In this document: positions 57,788-64,000 of the stretch, in pieces
Numbering within the stretch: position 1 is the first letter of the stretch
How the letters are laid out: the number at the start of each line of letters is the position of its first letter
Virus record (IMG/VR): IMGVR_UViG_3300021387_000463
Span: 171,001-235,000 of that record
Strand: one strand, 5' to 3'
Origin: a virus
Lineage: Duplodnaviria; Heunggongvirae; Uroviricota; Caudoviricetes
Length of the DNA stretch: 64,000 bases
Notes under the pieces: generated by a model
The model's database searches: none
What the model saw: the letters and a program-made list of their open reading frames with translations, nothing else
What the model was told of the DNA's origin: nothing
Translations under genes and position numbers: made by a program

Positions 57788-58040
57788 GAATGTTAAAGTA
57801 GTCTGTTATGTGGACACTAAGGATAGTACAAAGGGGTGTTTATGCGCTATCCCATCTGATAAGGATGCACGCAAAAGCGATGTTATCCAAAAGGTGGCTG
57901 ATTGCATTGTTGAGAGTGGCATTCTCGCACAATTCTCAAATCATGCCATTGACATTGCAAATGCAGTGTGCCATCATGGTTTTTCCAATATCAATGAATA
58001 TGAGTTTGGTGTTGAGGAAGTTCCATTGATTGAGTGTTAA
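57780..58040 (+). CDS. Hypothetical protein
   Basis: Coupled ORF. Confidence 0.7.
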   Translation: MSKNVKVVCYVDTKDSTKGCLCAIPSDKDARKSDVIQKVADCIVESGILAQFSNHAIDIANAVCHHGFSNINEYEFGVEEVPLIEC

Positions 58041-58112
58041 AAGTGTTAATTCCCTTGGTCAATTCAAGGGAATTTCGTATCTTTGCACCATCAAATAAAA
58101 GGAGATAAAGAT

Positions 58113-58589
58113 ATGGCACATAAGAAGTTTACAAGTAAGAGCATACCTGAGATTGTCTATGAGGTGCAAGATGAATATTGGCTTGGTGATGATACCTACG
58201 TGATTATCTTTCAAGATATGGATGATGCCGATGGTGGCACATTCCGTTTGGAAGTCGAGTACCATAAAGACGAAGAGCGTATCACTTACACAAGGGTGTA
58301 CGATTATAAGAATGTTGAAGCATCCAAGTTAGTTTCTCCGTGCTTTAAAAAGCAGATTGAGGAATATATCTTACAGAAAGTTAGTGTTATCTCTGAGGAC
58401 GAAATGCTCGTTACCAAGGAAATCTCTGTAGAGTTGAAGTTGGTAGTGCCCAAGTCAATGACACTGGGTGAGTTCCAAGAATGGCTAAAGGAGAGTTTCA
58501 TCGAGGTTAATCGCCTTACTCCTACTGATAAGGAGAAATTCTTCAACAAAGTGAAAGTATTAGAAATTAATAATAAAGGTAACAAATAA
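58113..58589 (+). CDS. Hypothetical protein
   Basis: ATG 58113 after promoter and SD. Confidence 0.8.
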   Translation: MAHKKFTSKSIPEIVYEVQDEYWLGDDTYVIIFQDMDDADGGTFRLEVEYHKDEERITYTRVYDYKNVEASKLVSPCFKKQIEEYILQKVSVISEDEMLVTKEISVELKLVVPKSMTLGEFQEWLKESFIEVNRLTPTDKEKFFNKVKVLEINNKGNK

Positions 58590-58590
58590 C

Positions 58591-58869
58591 ATGGCAAAGG
58601 AGTTAGCAAAGATGCGGACAATCCGCACAAAGCAAGTTGAGGTACGCACCTCACTGAAGCATCGAGAGGAAGCAAACAAGTCTCTCCGTGAGAAGATTAC
58701 ACCCATTTGGACTGCTGACAAGGAGAAGAGAACACCTCAGTTGGAAGCACTTACCAAGTTACTCGTTGAGGGTCGTGCAAAGGTGGTTTGCTATCAAATG
58801 GAATTGCATGGCTTGAAGTGTGAACTAAAGGCAACAAATCGTGCTTATGACCTCTCAAAAGGGGAGTAA
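58591..58869 (+). CDS. Coiled-coil hypothetical protein
   Basis: Coupled ORF. Confidence 0.7.
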   Translation: MAKELAKMRTIRTKQVEVRTSLKHREEANKSLREKITPIWTADKEKRTPQLEALTKLLVEGRAKVVCYQMELHGLKCELKATNRAYDLSKGE

Positions 58870-59081
58870 ATGTTAAACATTGTAAATAACTGGAAGAAAT
58901 TGGGTTAATCGTTTGGTTAATCCAATTTTTTTTCGTATCTTTGCATCAACAAATAAAAAGAGATTATGAAGAGATTTAAGATTATCAATGGTAAGAAGCA
59001 CAAGGCAATAGGTTACACCTATGATGGAAAACCAATTGGTTGGATTGCTTGTGGTGAGAACGATTAAAAGAGATTAGAGAT

Positions 59082-59300
59082 ATGGCAAAGTTATTAGATT
59101 TATATGTTGGTGGCGATTGCATAAGTCAGCATCGTAAGTTTGACTGCGCAAAGAAAGCCTTTGATAAAGAGGTTAAGAAGATGCGCAAGAATCCAATTGA
59201 TGAACGCTCAGACATTGACATCATGTTTGAAGACGAGTCTATTTATGCCTATGATGGCGATAACAATGAGGTTTACGATTATACCTATAGATTGAAATAA
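59082..59300 (+). CDS. Hypothetical protein
   Basis: Intact ORF. Confidence 0.7.
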   Translation: MAKLLDLYVGGDCISQHRKFDCAKKAFDKEVKKMRKNPIDERSDIDIMFEDESIYAYDGDNNEVYDYTYRLK

Positions 59301-59301
59301 T

Positions 59302-59526
59302 ATGGCAACAATAGTTAGAATCGGTGAGGGTCGCAGTAAAAGCGGTAAGATACTCGACAGAAATACCAAGTGGTTTACCATCAGTGATAAGGAAGCTTGG
59401 GAAAGATGTGTACATGAGTGGAGTTTAAAGGAGAATAGCGGTAAGCCACTCTTTATCTCTCGCAATGGTCGTGCCTATAAGAAGATTAGTGGCGTAGATT
59501 TAATTAAGCTTAAAGATAAATTATAA
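59302..59526 (+). CDS. Hypothetical protein
   Basis: Coupled ORF. Confidence 0.7.
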   Translation: MATIVRIGEGRSKSGKILDRNTKWFTISDKEAWERCVHEWSLKENSGKPLFISRNGRAYKKISGVDLIKLKDKL

Positions 59527-59527
59527 T

Positions 59528-59818
59528 ATGGAGCAGTGGAGAACTTTATGGTGGAACACTCGTTATGAGGTTTCAAACCTTGGTAGGGTACGCAACAGAA
59601 AGAGTGGTAAGATATTAGCCACAAACCCAACGAAGTCACATAAGAAGCCACAAGTATGGCTTTATACAGACTATTTTAGCACGACATTGCAATATACGCT
59701 TGATAAACTTGTGTATTTCACGTTCAATAATATTTCATCAAGGTCTGAATTAAAACGTGTGTATCATCGTGACGGAGACGTTATGAACTGCAAACTTGAA
59801 AATCTCTATGTAAAATAA
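59528..59818 (+). CDS. NUMOD4 plus degenerate HNH protein
   Basis: EQWR....RYEVSNLGRVR; HRDGDVMNCKLENL; ends right after the HNH-like motif. Confidence 0.75.
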   Translation: MEQWRTLWWNTRYEVSNLGRVRNRKSGKILATNPTKSHKKPQVWLYTDYFSTTLQYTLDKLVYFTFNNISSRSELKRVYHRDGDVMNCKLENLYVK

Positions 59819-59886
59819 TGGAGATTTTTCTTGGCTAATTCAAAAATATTTCGTATCTTTACATTGTTAAAACAAAAAGGGTTAAT

Positions 59887-60153
59887 ATGAAGAAAAAATT
59901 AGAGCAAGAGGTTAAGAAGATTGGCAAGAATCTTAAGCGTGGCGACAGAATAGAGTTGCTATATGATGGCGAGGAAATTGCTCGTTATGACTATTTTGAG
60001 AGGTCTATTGATTGCAAGACACCTTTGCAATGGCTGCGTGGCTGCTTTGTATTTGATATTGACCTTAAGGGTCGTGACATCAGCAAGGTTGCGCTTAAAC
60101 ATAATAAAGCAATCAATCTATCAATTGGTAATTGTGGAATTACTATAATCTAA
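59887..60153 (+). CDS. Hypothetical protein
   Basis: Own promoter. Confidence 0.7.
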   Translation: MKKKLEQEVKKIGKNLKRGDRIELLYDGEEIARYDYFERSIDCKTPLQWLRGCFVFDIDLKGRDISKVALKHNKAINLSIGNCGITII

Positions 60154-60160
60154 AAAGAAT

Positions 60161-60484
60161 ATGGATAAAGAAATTACAATAGGAATTGAGAAACTCATTG
60201 CAATGTTTGTTGTTGCAAAGGGTACTCCGATTGGTGATGGATTCACTTATTTCCCAAAGTTGCCAAAACCATTCAGTAAGAACATAGATTTTCAAAACTC
60301 TTGTGGGTGCAATGCTGATTTATTGTGCCTACGTGTTAACGACCAATTTGATGTTGAGGTATGGTTTGCTGACAAAGATGGTGATACATTCTGTTATGGA
60401 TTGAAAGAAATTCAGAAAAGCCACCCAATGTTGTTTGTGAGTCTGTTCACACATATCTTTGATATGATTGAAAACATTAAATAG
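60161..60484 (+). CDS. Hypothetical protein
   Basis: Intact ORF. Confidence 0.7.
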   Translation: MDKEITIGIEKLIAMFVVAKGTPIGDGFTYFPKLPKPFSKNIDFQNSCGCNADLLCLRVNDQFDVEVWFADKDGDTFCYGLKEIQKSHPMLFVSLFTHIFDMIENIK

Positions 60485-60559
60485 GATTAATTTGTTAAAA
60501 AGTGTAAAAAGTTATGAGAAAATTTTGGATTTAAGAAAAAAGGATATATCTTTGCATTG

Positions 60560-60810
60560 TCAATGAGACGGAAATAAAGTAAGGTTACAAGGTAATCACA
60601 CACCTCCTTTCTGTGATAAAATGGTTTTGCAAATCTAAAGATAACCTTAAAAATTCTCAGCGGAGAATACCTTACTTTCCAAAGATATATTTGAACGATA
60701 CCAGAGGAGAACTATCCGCAAGGGTAGATGTGGACAAATGGGCATTAAGTTCGTGCTTAATGTGTCACTTCGGTGACTTCGGTGATTCAAATTCACCTCG
60801 TTCAACTAAT
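60560..60810 (+). ncRNA. Structured ncRNA with two multi-stem domains and an anti-SD-like loop
   Basis: Own promoter (60547); closing stems 60576-85/60669-78 and 60691-98/60798-805; GCAA and cUUCGg tetraloops. Confidence 0.8.
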
Positions 60811-60890
60811 TAGTAAGTAATTGTAGTAATGGCTTGTACTGCGCTCTGTTCTATAGAGCAACTTGAGCGGTCCGATTCCGTGCTTACTAA
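60811..60890 (+). tRNA. Degenerate tRNA-like element (TCT anticodon, Arg-like)
   Basis: Acceptor TAGTAAG/CTTACTA, anticodon stem GCTCT/AGAGC, T loop TCCGATT, abnormal D arm. Confidence 0.6.
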
Positions 60891-60929
60891 CAATCTAATC
60901 TTTTTAATTGTTACTGATTCTTGTCGCAA

Positions 60930-60970
60930 GGGGTGAAAGCAATTCGGCTTTCACCCCAAAAGTTATTTTT
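60930..60970 (+). terminator. Rho-independent terminator
   Basis: ggggtgaaagc-aattcg-gctttcacccc. Confidence 0.75.
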
Positions 60971-61088
60971 GGCGATAATTGTTGACTTTTTCTTTTATTT
61001 TTGTTAATTTCTACTAATTTTTTTGGTAGATTCAAAATAATTTCGTATCTTTGCACCATCAAACAACAATTAAAAGGAGATTTAGAAT

Positions 61089-61253
61089 ATGGTAGATGAA
61101 TTATTAGACGACGAAAAGGTTTGGGAAAAGTTCACCGAATTTTTCAGATTAGAGAAAGGATATGTCGATTGGACGGACGAAGAAATCGACTTGTCACGTA
61201 ACAACGATGATTTTGTAGAATTTGTCAAGTGGCTTTGTACTGACAACAATTAA
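61089..61253 (+). CDS. Small acidic protein (54 aa)
   Basis: MVDELLDDEKVWEKF...; own promoter and SD. Confidence 0.7.
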   Translation: MVDELLDDEKVWEKFTEFFRLEKGYVDWTDEEIDLSRNNDDFVEFVKWLCTDNN

Positions 61254-61266
61254 TAATAATTAGATT

Positions 61267-61443
61267 ATGGAAAAAGACAAGAAAGAAGAGATTTTGGCTA
61301 AGTTAGAAGAAATGAGTAGCGAAGCATTTAATATTCGTGAAAGTTTGGATGATGAAGACGACCCTGCATGGGGCCTAATTGACAGCATCGTAACCTTCAT
61401 AGAGGAAACGACAGAAAAGATTGAAGAGTCATGGGATGATTAA
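61267..61443 (+). CDS. Small acidic helical protein (58 aa)
   Basis: ...ESLDDEDDPAW...EETTEKIEESWDD. Confidence 0.7.
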   Translation: MEKDKKEEILAKLEEMSSEAFNIRESLDDEDDPAWGLIDSIVTFIEETTEKIEESWDD

Positions 61444-61530
61444 GAAAAATTAACGTGAATTGTTTGGTCAGTTCACGTTTTTTTCGTACCTTTGCATCGT
61501 AAACAAATAACAATTAAAAAGAAAAAGATT

Positions 61531-61818
61531 ATGGAAAAGAAGTTTAAAGTGTTAGTACAAAATTGCACACCGAGTTACTCATCAGAGTCTTTGGCTGTAA
61601 GTAGTGGAAATAAATATAAGATTGTCGCAGAGAACGGCAACTGCTTTTCACACTTGGTAGTATATAAATATACGCATAATGGCATTGACCGAATTGCATG
61701 TGAGTATGACATTCCAGATTATAAGCGTGTAGATTATATGTATAATGAAGCCGTAAGAACGAAGGGTAATGCGGATAATATTCGTGCAGCGGAAAAATAT
61801 ATTTTGAAAATAGATTGA
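61531..61818 (+). CDS. Hypothetical protein
   Basis: ATG 61531 after promoter 61487. Confidence 0.75.
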   Translation: MEKKFKVLVQNCTPSYSSESLAVSSGNKYKIVAENGNCFSHLVVYKYTHNGIDRIACEYDIPDYKRVDYMYNEAVRTKGNADNIRAAEKYILKID

Positions 61819-61884
61819 TTTTATTTTGCCTATCTCAGATTTTTTTCGTATCTTTACACCAACAAAGAAATATGAGCAAAGAAA

Positions 61885-62175
61885 ATGAAGACAACAAAGT
61901 TTTTTAGCGAGATTAAGAAGGTAGCAAAGGACAGCACAATCACAAGCATGTTTGACTATAGCGTTAATCAAGACAAGAATTTCTTCGAGATTCTTCTTCA
62001 CAGCGAGCCGACAAAGAAGGTTCAAGACATGTGCGTGAAGAATGGCTTCAGCATCACTAAAAATATCATGCACGTCAACGAGGGTGGCAAAATGGTGGCA
62101 CATAACGTTTGGGAGGTTCGCCCCATCAACGCAGAGGACATCCAGTTTCTTCGAGATTATATAACAATTAAATAA
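61885..62175 (+). CDS. Hypothetical protein
   Basis: Own promoter. Confidence 0.75.
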   Translation: MKTTKFFSEIKKVAKDSTITSMFDYSVNQDKNFFEILLHSEPTKKVQDMCVKNGFSITKNIMHVNEGGKMVAHNVWEVRPINAEDIQFLRDYITIK

Positions 62176-62183
62176 GTAAGATT

Positions 62184-62480
62184 ATGGCAACATACGAAGT
62201 AGGGTTTGTGTTCTTCATCGCAAATGACGATGATGATGCAGTAGAGAGGAAGGATAATCTCCTTGATGAACTTGACAACATCGACGATATTACAAGTTAT
62301 GATGTGTCAGATGATGGGGAGGATTGGAATATTGAATGTACCGCTCTGATAGAGTGCGAGCCTAATGGTGAACGTGATAATGATGCCGTGGATAAGGTTA
62401 TGATGGATATGCTACCTAATGAGACTTGGGATTACCACTACATCAAGGGTGTCGATAATGAGTTCTATTGGCAACCATAA
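62184..62480 (+). CDS. Hyper-acidic small protein
   Basis: NDDDDAVE...LDELDNIDD...DVSDDGED. Confidence 0.8.
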   Translation: MATYEVGFVFFIANDDDDAVERKDNLLDELDNIDDITSYDVSDDGEDWNIECTALIECEPNGERDNDAVDKVMMDMLPNETWDYHYIKGVDNEFYWQP

Positions 62481-62546
62481 ATTTAACAGAAATTTAACGT
62501 GAAATCTTTGGTGGTTTCACGTTTTTTTCGTATCTTTGCAAACGTT

Positions 62547-64000
62547 ATGTTAAAGAGATTAGAATATTCAGATTATCAGTTGGACATTTTCGATGCAATT
62601 GAGAATGGTAGCGAGAACATTGCCATCAATGCAGTTGCAGGTAGTGGAAAGACCACAACCATTGTTTCTGCTTGTAAGCGTTTAAGAGAGAATGAGCGTA
62701 ATGTTTTATTCCTTGCGTTTAACAAACTCATTGTAGAGGAATTAAAAGGCAAATTAAAAGGCTATGCAGAAGTATCAACATTGCACGCATTTGGCTTTCA
62801 TGTATTGAAGAAATACTATAATTGTCCCCAATACAAGATGTTTGTCAAGGTTGACGATTGGAAGTATCAGAAGTACGTGAAACAGAATGTATATTCATTG
62901 TCAAGGATTATAACACCAAATACAGATGCTGCAAAGGTATTTGGTTTCTGTTGCAACGTAGCAAAGTTGTACTCACTTGCAAGGGTTAATCTTATTAAAC
63001 ATAGTGATAATGATTTGTCAAAGTTGAGAAACCTTTGTGACGAGCATAACCTTATGACATTGTTTGACGAAGTTGAGGTATGCAATATATTGCTTGCTGA
63101 TGCCTACAAGATGCCAAAAGACTTGACTATTGACTATACGGACATGATTGTATTGCCATTGTTCCATAAGGATGCAATACCAACTTATAAATACGTCTTC
63201 ATTGATGAGTGCCAAGACCTTAATAGGGCACAAAGAGAGTTGATGCTTTGCGCTGCAAAGAATGGTAGGTTCATAGCAGTTGGTGATAGAAACCAAGCAA
63301 TCAATGGTTTTGCAGGTGCTGACTGCAATTCATTTGACAAAATTGCAAACCAAGATGATACCATTGAACTGCCTTTGTCAGTCAATTACAGATGTGGCAA
63401 AAACATGATTGCATTGGCACAAGAAATCGTACCTCAAATAAAGCCCCACAATGGTGCAATTAAGGGCGAGATATATCATACAAAGGAACTTAATAAATCT
63501 CTGTTTAGGGACAATGATATGGTGCTTTGTAGGACATCCGCACCACTTGTTGGACTTTGCATGAAACTCATTGAGAGTGGTATTACCGCAGTTGTCAAGG
63601 GCAAGGACATTGCACAAGACCTTAAAAACCTAATTGAAAATGCCAATACGAATAGCATACAAGAGGTATTGAAATATCTTGACAATGAAAAGAACAAGAT
63701 GATTAGTATCATCAAAGAAGAGAGAAAATGCAGTGAAGCAGATGCAAAACACGCCATGAAATATCTCAACCTTGAAGATAGGTGCAAGTGCATTGAAAAC
63801 ATCTGTATGTATTCTGTCAAGGATGCAATGCAGTTGAAATCTTACATCAATAAGATGTTTACTGATGATAGGATTGAAAATGCGGTTATGCTATCCACTG
63901 CACATAAGAGCAAGGGACTTGAAGCAAATAGGGTTATAATATTATTGCCAAACAAGTTGCCATTGGAATACCCAAATCAAAAGGAATGGCAGAAACGGCA
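62547..64000 (+). CDS. UvrD/Rep-family (SF1) helicase, 3' end outside window
   Basis: AVAGSGKT, VFIDECQD, VGD.NQAINGFAGAD, LSVNYRCG, TAHKSKGLE; absent from the ORF track because it is truncated. Confidence 0.93.
   Translation, partial: MLKRLEYSDYQLDIFDAIENGSENIAINAVAGSGKTTTIVSACKRLRENERNVLFLAFNKLIVEELKGKLKGYAEVSTLHAFGFHVLKKYYNCPQYKMFVKVDDWKYQKYVKQNVYSLSRIITPNTDAAKVFGFCCNVAKLYSLARVNLIKHSDNDLSKLRNLCDEHNLMTLFDEVEVCNILLADAYKMPKDLTIDYTDMIVLPLFHKDAIPTYKYVFIDECQDLNRAQRELMLCAAKNGRFIAVGDRNQAINGFAGADCNSFDKIANQDDTIELPLSVNYRCGKNMIALAQEIVPQIKPHNGAIKGEIYHTKELNKSLFRDNDMVLCRTSAPLVGLCMKLIESGITAVVKGKDIAQDLKNLIENANTNSIQEVLKYLDNEKNKMISIIKEERKCSEADAKHAMKYLNLEDRCKCIENICMYSVKDAMQLKSYINKMFTDDRIENAVMLSTAHKSKGLEANRVIILLPNKLPLEYPNQKEWQKR

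Larger units (their letters stand above)
41400..62540 (+). promoter_or_regulatory. Array of 30 near-identical early promoters, consensus TTTGG-N-ttcaaaataatttcgTATCTTTGCA
   Basis: -7 boxes start at 41428, 41958, 43175, 44427, 45338, 45964, 46670, 47212, 47921, 48227, 48716, 49731, 50431, 51531, 52112, 53022, 53561, 54368, 54967, 55549, 55859, 56910, 58078, 58936, 59854, 60547, 61046, 61487, 61849 and 62531. Confidence 0.92.

Noticed and set aside
60613-60813. 66-aa GTG ORF in the anti-SD RNA
   Set aside because: It crosses tetraloop hairpins, has a weak start and atypical composition
60843-60859. Amber-suppressor (CTA) reading of the tRNA-like element
   Set aside because: The register placing CTA at 34-36 leaves no anticodon stem; the paired register gives TCT
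8960-60900. Theta (HDV-like) ribozymes at tRNA 3' ends
   Set aside because: The trailers after all four tRNA or tRNA-like elements are AT-rich, with no nested double-pseudoknot pattern visible
41400-62540. Promoter repeats as CRISPR or transposon ends
   Set aside because: They match the Bacteroidota -33/-7 consensus with correct spacing and always sit upstream of genes
92-63820. Numerous 60-150 aa opposite-strand or alternate-frame ORFs in the track
   Set aside because: They are shadows of well-supported genes, including those inside the UvrD helicase, and lack promoters or start contexts
1-64000. Stop-codon recoding (TAG=Gln), as in Lak and some crAss-like phages
   Set aside because: TAG cleanly ends genes followed closely by the next ATG (for example 19282-84, 20971-73, 29046-48), and ORFs are intact under code 11

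Overview
This 64 kb window looks like part of a large lytic bacteriophage of a Bacteroidota host (Prevotella/Bacteroides-like). The evidence is AT-rich DNA, about 135 short tightly packed genes almost all on the + strand, and about 46 copies of the Bacteroidota housekeeping promoter (TTTG, ~20 bp spacer, TAnnTTTG). The genetic code is standard, with TAG used as a stop. No structural or replication module is present apart from a partial UvrD-type helicase, so this is an accessory/early region. Recognisable genes are NADAR, a TIGR02452 PARG-like macrodomain, NadD/NMNAT, an RNA ligase, a GNAT, an Hsp20-like protein, a metallophosphoesterase, YqeY, DUF932, GP88, two NUMOD4/HNH genes, tRNA-Leu(UAA) and an unusual long-arm tRNA-Cys. 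From 41.4 kb onward nearly every gene is its own promoter-gene-terminator cassette. The strongest hunt result is a set of three promoter-driven, ORF-less, highly structured RNAs (about 48730-49502, 54980-55515 and 60560-60810). Two of them end in degenerate tRNA-like elements, and one displays a copy of the 16S rRNA anti-Shine-Dalgarno tail in a hairpin loop. The nearby early genes carry AAGGAG Shine-Dalgarno motifs, which are atypical for Bacteroidota, and several transcript 3' trailers are antisense to those initiation regions. Together these suggest an RNA-based system for controlling or rewiring translation initiation. All family calls come from motif recognition by eye; no database search was run.
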